Origin: Obrimoposthia wandeli
Taxonomy: Eukaryota
Direction of reading: 5' to 3'
DNA: 64,000 nt
Assembly: GCA_977020255.1 (NCBI GenBank)
Contig: CDROCS010000473.1
Coordinates: forward strand, 682,001-746,000
The notes below the pieces were generated by a model. It did not search any database. It saw only the letters and a program-made list of their open reading frames with translations, and was not told where the DNA came from. The translations under genes and the position numbers were made by a program. Below, piece by piece: positions 30,184 to 41,499 of the stretch. Positions within the stretch are counted from its first letter, which is position 1. Every line of letters starts with the position of its first letter.

Positions 30184-30600
30184 ATGAGTGAGATTTTAGT
30201 AAATCAATTATATATTGGAAATTATCGCGATGGGTTTGATGAAATTGAGCTTCTAAAATCGAAATCCACACATGTAATAAATACATCTCCAGTGGATAAG
30301 ATATCTTATAAGGAATTAATGTATACATCGATCTTTGTAAATACGAAATTAGGAGAAACAATATTACAATATTATAAACAGACTAATAATATAATTAAAG
30401 AAACCATCAAAAATAGAGGGAAAGTTTTAGTATGTGGTCATTATGGAGGTTTACATGCTGTTTGTATTGTTATTGCATTTTTATCTCTTTCAATGGGTGT
30501 TAGCTCTGCATGGAATTTTGTTAAAGCTAAACGTAGTATTGCAACGCTTAATGCAACTTTGCTTAATCAAATACGTATTTTTAATCATTATCATACATAA
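30184..30600 (+). CDS. Dual-specificity phosphatase-fold protein with degenerate active site
   Basis: SEILVNQLYIGN, THVIN, GKVLV, IVIAFL, FVKAKR and LNATLLNQI follow the DUSP pattern; HCxxGxxRS is replaced by CGHYGGLHA. Confidence 0.8.
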   Translation: MSEILVNQLYIGNYRDGFDEIELLKSKSTHVINTSPVDKISYKELMYTSIFVNTKLGETILQYYKQTNNIIKETIKNRGKVLVCGHYGGLHAVCIVIAFLSLSMGVSSAWNFVKAKRSIATLNATLLNQIRIFNHYHT

Positions 30601-30662
30601 ATTGTATTTCTCATGTTTCTATCATTATCCAATCAGATTTTAATTGTATAGTATACAAACAG

Positions 30663-30914
30663 TTGACGTTTTGCTCCAACTTCATTATCATGTTCAGTCG
30701 CATTTATTTCAAGCAAGATGTTGATCGGGCGGTTAAGAGCTTCATCTCGAATAATTTTATAGAAGAAAATGTCCTGATACTCATCGAAGCAACGGATCTA
30801 CCGCTGGAGGAGCATGTACGAAGACTGATTCACGATAAGGCAGTCAATCTTCTCATTCTGGGCTACAATAAGAAGAAAGAAGAGATGAAAGAAGAGAAGA
30901 GGAGCTTTTTCTAG
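30663..30914 (+). CDS. Hypothetical Polinton accessory protein
   Basis: 83-aa ORF between the DUSP-like gene and the ATPase. Confidence 0.35.
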   Translation: MTFCSNFIIMFSRIYFKQDVDRAVKSFISNNFIEENVLILIEATDLPLEEHVRRLIHDKAVNLLILGYNKKKEEMKEEKRSFF

Positions 30915-31015
30915 GATAAGTGTTTTTTATTGTTTGTTGCTCGATGTTTCGTAATAAAATATTTTAATTAACTTTATCTTATAAACATTATCCCAATACT
31001 AATATTTTTTTTAAT

Positions 31016-31625
31016 ATGGACTTATAGAATAATTCGGTTTTTCAAATTGTATGGCCTAGTGGAAGTGGGAAAACTCTTTTTATTTGCAAGTTACTACAAA
31101 ATAATAAATACTTTAGATTTAAGTTTAATAAGATATATTGGCATCAGAGTAGAGATGGAGAAGCAGGTTTAACCAGTAAAGAGTTTAAGAAAATCAAAAA
31201 TATAAAAGTAATTAAGGGATTCGATGATAATTGGTCTGATCGATTACAGCAACGACTTGTACCAAGAAGCAAATAAAGAAAATGATTTCAATAATTTATT
31301 CACTAAAATAGCCAGACATCGTGAAGTAACTGTTATTTTCATTACACAAAATCTATTTCACCAAGGTGGAAATCATAGAACTCGTATCTTAAATGTGCAT
31401 TACCTTGTTCTTTTTAAGAATCCGCGTGATCAGACTGCTATTGATTTTGTTGCAAGGCAAGCTTTCCCGAATAATATAAATTACCTGATTGAAGCATTTC
31501 AAGATGCTACTACCATTCTTCACGGGTACATTTTTATTGATTTTACCCAAGATTGTCCCGATGAGCTAAGATTTAAATCTGATATATTCAACCCACAATC
31601 AAAGAAACCAGTTTCCCGAAGATGA
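31016..31625 (+). pseudogene. A32/FtsK-like packaging ATPase, disrupted
   Basis: PSGSGKT Walker A; ARHREVTVIFITQNLFHQG, NVHYLVLFKNPRD, GYIFIDFTQ. Confidence 0.9.
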
Positions 31626-32020
31626 GTTTTAAGAAGGAAGTTATTAAACCTGAAGTCAAGAAATTGATTAAATCGGTTTTAAGAGCAAGGAAAATGGTTG
31701 CTAAATATTCAAATAATAATAAATCTAGGAGTATTCCATATTTCAATTCTCTTATGCAGGCGCCCGCTATTCGACGTCCGACTATTCTTAAATAATTTCC
31801 TACTTTTGTAATATATGATTTACTTAATATGGTACAAAAAATAGTTTCTGGTAAGGTATCCATTAAGACTAAAATGAATCGGCATAAGAAACCTCTTCAA
31901 GCCAAAACACAAGCCGGTAAACATAAGTTGCTGTATAAGCAAAGCAGAGGATTTTTAGGATTTCTAGTACCGATTGTTAGCTCAATAGTTGATTCACTCG
32001 CTAGCAGATTAATAAAATGA
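31622..32020 (+). pseudogene. pX-like basic protein
   Basis: C-terminus KQSRGFLGFLVPIVSSIV parallels 9781-10014. Confidence 0.55.
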
Positions 32021-32077
32021 AGATTATAAACATGAATTTTAATCAATAAAATGAATTTTTATGGGTTCGCTTCCAAC

Positions 32078-32450
32078 AATTCCTAAATTAAATATAAAAA
32101 TCAAATCAAATTGTTGTAATGGAAAAAGTATGGTTCGATCCAAGTCATCCCGTTGGTTATACTGGTTTTCAAAATTGGCAAGAAAGGCAAGGAAAGAGAA
32201 GAAAGAAACTCAGACGTGTTTGAAAAAGCAATTAGCTTACAGCTTAAAGAAACCGATGAGACGCCGGTTTCCAACGAGATTTTCCGGTTTTCATACAAGA
32301 CGAGCGGCCCAAATGACTTATTTTAAGCTGATTTGATGGAGATGATTCCGTATGCGAGTATTAAGGATGGATATAGATATATTTTAACTTGTGTTGATGT
32401 CTTTAGCAGATTTGCACGAGCTATTTCGCTAAAGTCCAAGTCCGCTACTG
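32078..32450 (+). pseudogene. Integrase N-terminal fragment
   Basis: MEKVWFDPSHPVGYTG; YRYILTCVDVFSRFARAISLKSKS, then an abrupt switch to MCP sequence. Confidence 0.8.
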
Positions 32451-33477
32451 ATGGGGGAGCTGATCTGGATGATGATATGGATATTAAATCAGCTAATTTC
32501 ATGCTTTATACTCTTTTCAAGGACGTGATTCTCAGTCTCAATAATGTGAAAGTTGAGGGTAATAATACAAGTTACGTTCATAAGGCTATGATTGAAACAT
32601 TACTGAATTACGGTAATGATACGAAATTGATCAATCTTGATGCAATTGGGTTTGATGATGATGAAAAAAGAAGAACACCTTCGATTGCGAAATCTAAAGT
32701 ATTGTCACTTTGCGGGAGTCTCCATTTAAATTTTTTTAAGCAACCAAAGTACCTGGTGTAAGTGTCCATATTCGAATGAAGAGAAATTCAGTAAGTTATA
32801 GTATTGTTTGCGCCGATACTATTAAATCAGCAATTGAGATTACGGAAGCAAAGTTACTGATTCGTAGTGTAAAGGTGGAACCATCTGTACTCGTTGGGTA
32901 TAGAATAGGGTTGGAGAAGCAGAATGCATGTTATCCTATAAGAAAAACTAATCTTGTTTCTCATGCTATCCCCACAGGAGCACTTTCTTATTACAAGGGT
33001 CAGGTTTTCAGGGATATGCAGCTCCTCCCAAACTTTGTTTTAATTGCTTTCCAAAGCACTTCCACATACGGAGGTGACTCTAAAAATAAGGTTTCTCAAT
33101 TTGAATATATGAATGTGAATTCAATCAAACTAGCACAAAATATTGGTTATCAGGAAACGTATACGAATGACTTTGAAAATAATGAATATGTGTTTTCTTA
33201 CGTGCAATCTTTATTTAGAAATCTTGGTCTCTTGGATAAGGATGCTACTGTTGGTATATCAATGACCGATTTTAAGGACAAGTATACGCTGTTCACATTT
33301 GTTCTCTCTCCTGATTTCGATATTAATCAAACTCAAATCCGTAAACAGGAAAATTTGAAATTTGAAATCAAATTTACGAAAGCACTTGAACAACCTACGA
33401 ATATTATAATCTATGGAGTATTTGATTCTGAGGTGCAAATTACCAAGGTGGGTACCGTACTAGTGTTGGGTTGTTAA
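32450..33477 (+). pseudogene. Major capsid protein (family B), 5'-truncated
   Basis: LFKDVILSLNNVKVEG, FFKQPKYL, AIEITEAKLLIRSVK, ENLKFEIKF; divergent homolog of 23132-24360. Confidence 0.88.
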
Positions 33478-34392
33478 TTAAATAATTAATTTTTGTCAAT
33501 TTAATTTGACATTTTAAAAATAATCTAAAATGCCCACAATTAGGGAGGTTTTTCAAATTCAGCCTCCGACGGGGTGGTCCCGTTTCGCCTTGCCAGGCTC
33601 TTCAGGAAGGCGGCTAGTTTTTTGATAAGAGATAAGAAAGTGGTTTTGACCACCAAAGATTTTTTCCGCCCAGCAATTGCAGCAGATGCGGCGGCGGTCT
33701 GCCCTTTCTCGGCCAGTTCCGCAATCCACAATCACCCCAGTACTGCTGCCTTCCCACTCTATCCGGATCTCTGAGCGAATTTGATCTGCCTCCACCTTCC
33801 TTCCTCATCATCCGTTTCTGTCATCCCAGTCGACCAGCGTCATCGGCAACATCATCATCATGCACACAATTTCGGCCAACATGTCGTCATTTCCTGGCTG
33901 CCAGGATTCAATGTGCAGTCGGCATGCTGCAGATGATAATCTCCACGGCTGATTTTCCCCTGTCGCTATGAACTGCAGTAACTGCCACATATGGATGGGA
34001 CTACCATACAAGCCGGCCTTTGTGTGCGGCACAGCCACTGCCCAGATAACATGTTCCCTGTGTCCTTCCTCTCAGACACAATCCGTGTGTGTCTGTGTTC
34101 TCTAATTGTGTGTACATGTTTTTTTTTTGTGCTGCCTCAATGTGGTCAGAGGGACTGACGGGAAGTGCACAAGTGTCGTGTCGACTGTGCTACACTGTTT
34201 CTGTCGAGTTACAGATTTATTGATTTTCCCCGCACATTTGTCTCATAAAGATTATCCCACTTGTTCGTGTGCATTTGGCTCTGTGTGTGTGATATATTTG
34301 TCTCTCGGATCCCTATATAATGACAGTGGTGGATATTGACAACACAATAATAATACGACTGATACCAGGATACAATAAATCTGCAGGTGGAA

Positions 34393-34530
34393 ACTCTAAA
34401 ACAATTTACTACTACAGTTTGAAAACACGAATTTAGGATACTCTAAAACAATTTACTACTACAGTTTGAAAACACGAATTTTGGAAACTCTAAAACAATT
34501 TACTACTACAGTTTGAAAACACGAATTTTG
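34393..34530. repeat. Three tandem copies of a 47-bp unit
   Basis: actctaaaacaatttactactacagtttgaaaacacgaattt at 34393, 34440 and 34487. Confidence 0.95.
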
Positions 34531-34789
34531 ATGTTATTAGAATACAATTTTTAGAAGATAATTTAAGACAATTTTTATATGAATAAATTATTTTGCCGGA
34601 ACTTTTACTGAATATCATTGAGTGCATTCGATTGGATCCAAAACTTATATTTAAACTAACACTAGTATAAACATAATTACGATAGCAAGAAGGCATAAAT
34701 GAAGTAAGTCTGTTTGAAATAATCAATTAACATATAATCTAATTCGCTCGAGATAGCAAAAAACGGGAGAAAACTACTCGGATCTCGTT

Positions 34790-35075
34790 TCAATGGAGTC
34801 TAAAGTCTCGATCATATCCCCTCATTAACTCGCCCAGGCGGATATTTGATCAATACACATTTATCTAATTTACGTGGAGATCATTGGATTGCAATACATT
34901 TTAAAGAAAAATAAATATTTGTTTTTGACCCCTATGGGGTATATTACCCATCTAAATGAGTATATACAGTACTTGACTCTGGAAAGAAAGTACATTTTAG
35001 TAAGAAACATTATCAGAATACTTTAACACAGTCATGCGGATCACTCTGTCTATTATAGTTAAAGCATAAACAATC
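34790..35075 (+). pseudogene. Adenain-like protease (family B), disrupted
   Basis: GGYLINTHLSNLRGDHWIAI, FVFDPYG, YQNTLTQSCGSLC. Confidence 0.8.
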
Positions 35076-35331
35076 TTAAATAAAACAAAAAAAATGTCTG
35101 TTTATTTTATTGATTTTGAAGCTTTCTTTGGATTATTTAAACTACTTACCATAGAAAATAAATATTAAAGAAAAATATGCTACTTACAAGTAAAATCAGC
35201 ATTTTCTATTAAAATTTACTGATTGGATTGAGAGTTTTGAATCAATCTCATTGGATAAGTACTACTTTGTAAATAGTATATAATGAAACAGGATTCATTC
35301 AATAACTAACCTTTTATAAATGATATCGAGA

Positions 35332-35798
35332 ATGGTAAGAATTTTGATTTATTTTTGATTATTTTTTAGAACTGTAACATAAACAAGCAACTGCGCTATG
35401 AAGTAAGGCATGTTGATTGCCTAAGAAGAATGGAGGAGTATTTCAAAAAGAAATTCAACGAACATACATATTATATATGTTCAAAATGTCAAACGAGCGA
35501 GGAAATAGACTGGAACAGCTTCTGCGACAGACATCGAAAACATTTGGCGCACTTCCAGAATATTGGGAAAATGGCGATTTTCAAGAAATGCCCACAAAGC
35601 AGTATGTATTTTTATGGACAATCTACTGGAGCTCCTTCTATCGACTCAACATCAACTGCTGCTGCTCCATTAGCTGCTTGTATGCCTGTGGCGGTGTCTA
35701 CACCATTAGGTAGCGCCGTAGGTGGTTCTGGCCCACATAAGCTAAATTTAGCGGGATGTCTACATCCGCTGGTGTTAGGAAGCGTAATATGCCGCTAG
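35332..35798 (+). CDS. Spliced zinc-finger gene upstream of pPolB (intron 35335-35369)
   Basis: ATG, then GTAAGA...TTTTAG, then exon 2 in frame with CSKC-x14-HRKH and KMAI; Ser/Thr/Ala-rich tail. Confidence 0.65.
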
Positions 35799-37619
35799 TT
35801 GGAGGAGCCCTAGTGAAGCAGGGTAGGATGAGGAATGTGGTTAAGAAGTGGGGGTTGAATGGAGTTTATTGCTCGATTTCATTATATGTTAAAAATAAGA
35901 ATTTGGTTAATATCATAGTACTGCAGGATCTTCTGGATGCCTTAAGAGACGTTGTAGATCAGTTCGAAAGCTGTAAAATTCAGTTTGGGCTACGGTACAG
36001 TTCTCGAATGGGACTGATACTAAGCAATGGGTTGTTTCCAATAAAGCAATCCCTTTTTCTCCATCGTTTCTTAAAGATGGATCCTCGTTACTGGCTTCGA
36101 AACTCAAAGAGTATTCAGAGCATGGTAGTAACTGGTCTGTGGATCAGTTACTAGAAATTTACTTCACGGTTACCAAGACTAGTAAAATTAATTACCTGCA
36201 AGGGCATTCATATATTCCTTCTCCAGAAGGTATTGTTAATGCGGTAATTAATGTCAGAAATATAGGGAATAATTTATGTTCATATTTAGTATTTTAGCTT
36301 TTTTGAAACGTAATTTATTCCCTAGAAATAGGTATAGGCCTTTAGGATATGAGCCGTTCTTGAGCGAACTTAATTACGACGAAAGCGATATGCCATGAAA
36401 TTAGCTAAAATTCCGCGATTTGAGAGGGAAAACTCGGAACTGTCCATCAATGTTTTCACCTATAATCATATAGGGAATTTGCCGCTTGGAACGGAAATTT
36501 ATAAAAATCCGTATATTGACGTGATTTACCGCAGTAAGAATTCTAGTGGCCAGCTCATAAATTTAATTCTTTTGGAGGATAATGTTAGGTTTCATTATGT
36601 CGCAGTTCCTGACTTGAATAGGCTTTTAAATATTCGTCGGAGATTTTCAGCCATTATTCAATGTAAGTGGTGCTATAAGTGTTTGCACGGTTTTAGGCAC
36701 ACCGAATCATTCGATAAACACGTACCACTATGCACCGAGAATATAGAGAATACCACGCTATATACCATGCCTGAGGAGAAACATATAGAGTTTACGGATT
36801 TTTCCAAAACTATTTCTCCTCCATATGTCATATATGCTGATTTCGAGGCGATGCTTACCCGGCATGGGATTCGCCATCAGCAGCATCTCCCAATAGCAGC
36901 GGGTATGCTGTTATCATCAATTAAGTCTGCTCCAATGCAAGATTACTCCTTTTTAACGGGGGAAAAATGTGTAGTGGATTTTCTGAAGAATATCAAGACA
37001 ATCGCAAAGGAGACTGTACTTCCGTGGTATAATCAGCATTCACAAACAGTTATGCAGCAGCTAACACTGGTGCAGCTAGCTAGTTACAATGCTGCAACTA
37101 CTTGTTATCTCTGCAAGAAACGTTGCGTTAGTAAGGTTAGGGATTACGATCATATAAGGCTTATATTATAAGCGGTGAATTCTTATGAGCTGCCCACTCT
37201 AGGTGTAATTTATCCCGCCGGATAAGTCATCTTTTCCTAGTTGTTTTCCATAACCTGAGAGGCATGCCTTGAGCAAATTCCCGCACTGGTCCATTGGTAT
37301 CATTCCCCAAACTATCGAGAAGTTCCAGGCAATGATTGTACGCTTCGACGTGATTACCATCAAATTCATCGATTCGCTACAGTTCCTGAATATCAGCCCC
37401 GACCAGCTAGTGAAGAATTTTGCAGATGTTCTTATTACGAAGACAGTGTTCCCGGCTCATCTCATAGGAGGAAAAGGGATATTTCCCTATGACATGGCAA
37501 TATCAGAGACTGCTCTCAGAAACATTAGCAGTCTACCACCTAAATGTAAATTAGAAATCACAGACGCCTATTTTCTTAAAAAAACATTTTTGAAATTTAA
37601 AGTTTTTTTAAATTTTTAG
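35756..37619 (+). pseudogene. pPolB (family B), N-terminal half, disrupted and truncated
   Basis: SGWS-like segment, YIPSP, LSINVF, CYKCLHGF, YADFEAML, RDYDH, FIDSLQFL, KGIFPY. Confidence 0.88.
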
Positions 37620-37775
37620 TTTTTTTAAATTTTAATTTTTCGAAATTTTAGATTTTTAAAAATTTTGAAAATTTAAACAAAAAATTTTTTAAATCCCCCA
37701 AAATTTTTTTTTGAATTTTTGACCTTGAAAATTTGAATTAGACTTGCACAAATATCGATGCGTTTAAACAAAAGA

Positions 37776-37996
37776 ATGACCTTCAAATGACCTTGAAGTG
37801 ACCTTAAAATGACCTTGAAGTACTCGGGAGAATTGGTTGTCATGGGCAAACACACACACGTACACAGATGGCAATGGTGTTTATTGGTTGCCTTGGCAAC
37901 CAACACGTTTCCATGGCAACTCCGACATTCTCGGGAGAACTTTTTCTCCTCCAAGGGACCTATTGCCTTGAGTCGAAGTCATCACATCTCCTTACT
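37776..37996 (-). repeat. Polinton right terminal region with TGACCT repeats
   Basis: The reverse complement shares ttctcccgagtac...ttcaaggtcat and an agta.gg.gatgtg..gacttc end with 44371-44560. Confidence 0.6.
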
Positions 37997-38029
37997 GAAG
38001 TGCAATTTGTGGAGGTGTGCACAGTAACG

Positions 38030-41000
38030 ATCGAATAGAATGTTAGGCTTCTTGCAAAACCTCTTTCCATGAAGATGGGGTTAGGTTTCGGCTGTGTAGA
38101 GTTAATGATATAGTTTTCCAGATTGTCCCATTTAGTGGCTCTAATTGACTATTTCCTGATGGATGATATGGTGTTGTTCGGGTTTGGGCGACGTTAAGTT
38201 TCGTTAAGAATTCCCTGACCTCTTGACTCTTAAATTGGGTACCTCGATCGATGTGAATTGACGAAGGACACCCAAACGTAGAGAAGAGGTAGCACGTTTT
38301 TACTGTGTGTGCTTCCATGATTTTGCAGGGGTAAGCAAACGGGAATCTTGAATATTCGTCTATCATCACTAGAAGGTATCGGTAAGGGCCGGATTGCGGT
38401 AGCGATCCTTTGAAGTCTATACTCAATTTTTCAAAGGGTCACGTCGATTTTATTAGCCGTGACATCTTGGGTCGTTAGTATTGGGGTTTGAGTATTGCGC
38501 ATGTTTTGCAATTTTCACAAACGTCTCTGACTTCCTTTATAGAGAATGGGAGGTTTTTGCTTCTGATGAAATGCCAGAGCTTCGTAATTCCTGGGTGGCC
38601 CAACGCTAGATGGATTTCAAGGACCGTTTTAGATTTGATCACGTTGCATCTGGACATTGCGTATGCAGCTAGATTGAGTTCGCCTGGGATGTGTGTTACG
38701 TCGTAGGAATATAAGGACAACTCAATTCTCCATCGAATAATTTTGTCATTTTTACTTTTTCCATTTATCTTTTGATTGAAGATAAACGAGAGCGCCTTTT
38801 GGTCAGTTTTGATTGAAAAGTGGTTCGTGATCAATATTGATCTCCATTTTCGCACACTTTTGACGATCGCCATTTCTTCTTTCTCGATTGAAGATAATCT
38901 TTCTTCGTTCGAGTTCAGGGTTCTGGAGAAGAATGCAATAGGTTTATCTTCTTACAGCATTACTCCTTATAAGGCGGTTTTTGAAGCGTCCGTTTGAATT
39001 TCAATCGGGATATTGCATTTGATTGGATATAGTGTAGATGATAAGATTTCCTTTTTCAATTGAGAGAATGCTGTTTTTGCTGACAGGGGCAGTGGAAATG
39101 TTGCTTTCAGAAGAGGTTGGATTTTGTATGAAAATGATGGTATCCATTTGGCGTAATAGCTCAGGAGTCTACGTAGTCTCTGTAATTCCTTTGTATTGGT
39201 TGGTATTGGGTAATCAGTAATTGATTTTAACCTTTCTGCATCAGGGCACATTGAATTCTCTTCGATTTGATATCCAAGAAAATGTATGGACGTTTTTCGA
39301 AATAAGCATTTATCCATGTTGAGCGAGATTTGGACTTTTTTAAACACTTCAAGGAATTTATTGACGTTTTTGTCATGATCTTCTAGAGATGGCCCGACGA
39401 TAATTATGTCATCTAGATAAGCGTAGGTGTCTTTGAGATTGTTATCGTCGATGATGTTGTTCATAGTCCGTTGGAAATCGCTGACGGCATTAGTAACTCC
39501 AAATGGTAGGTGTCTGAACTGATATAAGTTACCGGAGGCTTGGAAAGCCCTGAATTTTTTTGTTGTCTGGGTGCAGAGGTACCTGGTGGTAGGCTGATCG
39601 CCGGTCCAGTTTTCTAAAGTATTTATTTTTGATGTTTCTCGCACTAGTTTGTCCTTGTTAGGTAATGGGTACGCGTCTTAAATCATGAATTTGTTGATCA
39701 TCTGTGGATAATCGATTACTAGACGCATTTTCACGTTCCTGTTTCTGACACCCTTTAATAATTTTTCAACTTCGAGTTTTATGAAGTTCAGGTTCTAGCA
39801 GTAGGTTCTTGATTTGGTCGCGATGGGAAATACATCGTCTCTCATGTTCTCGAAGATTCGTGGCGGTTCAATGTGCATTGGTAGGACGGATGCTAGTGTC
39901 AGCGGTTGAATCTCTCCGTCAAATTTGAAGGTTATTGATTTATGTTTTTTCATAAAGTCTTGGCCAAGGATTACTGAAGTACATAGGTTATCCAGTACGT
40001 TCAATCGTTGATTTCTATACAGCACATTGTTTAGTTCAAAATCCATGAAACAGAGGTTGTTTAATTGATGCCAGAGATATTGGCATATTTTGACCTGATA
40101 ATTTGAAGTACTTTACTAAGTTTCTGTCGATGAAACTGAGTTCGCTTCCACTGTCGATTAGTGCATCGTGATACCTGTCGAGGATCTTTATTTATCCTAT
40201 TGCTTTTCGGAGTCCTGTAGGGGATTTAATGGCTGCATTTGCTAAATGTGTCGCTGCGTTGATTGTATCTTTCTTTCTCGGCAGACAGACGCTGGATAAG
40301 TGTCCAGTTTTCATGCATTTGTTGCATGTTGCATTTTTTGTTGGACATAGATTTCTTACATGATATTCTTTTCTCCAGAAGTAACATTTCCTCGTTTTTG
40401 GACTGCTGCTGCCGTAAAAAATTCTGATATTTTTTCTGATTGCGGGAAGTTAAGGACCGCGTCTAAATGTGTTGATCTTCTAACATAAGTGTCTGAGTTC
40501 TCCATAGCAGCTTCCAGAGATTGAGCTTGGGAGATTGCTTGAGTTATACTCAGTTCTTCGTTTTCTAGAAGTCTTTGCCGAGTTGACTGCAGTTTAATTC
40601 CTGACACGAAGGCGACTCGGATATACTCGTCTCGGTGTACTTCTGTCGTGATAGTTTTGAAGTTGCAGTTTGTGGCTAGAACTTGTAGATAAGTCGCAAA
40701 GCCTTCAACGTTTTCTTCTGCTTTCTGGGACCTGTGCATATGCTGATATCTAGAGAATATCTCATTCTTTTTTGCAATGAGGCTTCGGTCCAGGATATCG
40801 ATAGCTTCGTAGTATGACTTTGCATTTACGATTCTTGAGTAAATGTTTGAAGATACGTTACTGATGAGGAGAATAAGTTTTTCTTCGTCCGTCGCTTTGG
40901 TCCGGTTTGTAGTTAGGTCGAAGATCCGTTTTCAATATTTATACTCGGTCTCGGATTTACCTTCCTGTTTTGGAAAAGTAAAGAGTTTCACCATCGATGA
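38030..41000 (-). mobile_element. Ty3/gypsy LTR retrotransposon remnant (gag, PR, RT, RH, INT)
   Basis: Gag CNKCMKTGHLSSVC knuckle, ALIDSGSE protease, PFG and YLDD RT motifs, IQTDASK and TDQKAL RNase H, HLALGHPG...CENC and IDFKG/DRGTQF integrase in gypsy order. Confidence 0.92.
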
Positions 41001-41499
41001 GTAAAATTTAGTTGAATAAATTGAAGTGAAACTAATAACAAGTTTTATTCTTCTAAATTTAAAAAGTGCTAATATCTAGAAGACTAGATATTAAAACAAA
41101 GTTCATCACAACCCCTAATTTTATGGTTTTGTAGACTTACTGGATCTACGTAACAGGCATTTGAATAATATTAGGTAGTCTAATATTCATTCGTTTTCAT
41201 GATTAATGAACTATCAAGAAGCCATTAATATATGTGCATGTATGCTGGTATTTAAAAGATTTTGTTGTTGTTGGTGTTCGAAATAAGGTATAAAAGTTAA
41301 TTATTTGTTGAACAACAACCTTCATACAAAATAGTTGTTAATTATTACTTTAAATTAAAATGTCTTAAATTCAAATTCAAAAAGCTAAATAAAATAAATT
41401 TTAATAAAATATAATTCATTATATTTAAAATATTTAATATTTGTAAAATTCAAAGTATTGAAAAATCCTTAATTATTATCAATTAAATTTATCGAAATT

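Larger units (their letters stand above)
27420..37996 (+). mobile_element. Polinton family B remnant ending at a right terminus
   Basis: Accessory ORFs, TBP-like, DUSP-like, ATPase, pX, INT/MCP deletion fusion, protease, zinc-finger gene and co-oriented pPolB; ends ...cacatctccttact at 37996. Confidence 0.85.

Noticed and set aside
33600-34010. ETS-domain-like words (SPIHMWQLL, LRDPDRVGR, SYQKTSR)
   Set aside because: They lie in different frames and are spaced far wider than in ETS domains; probably coincidence.
34393-34530. CRISPR-like array
   Set aside because: The units are contiguous with no unique spacers, there are no cas genes, and the context is eukaryotic. The same applies to 61862-62870.
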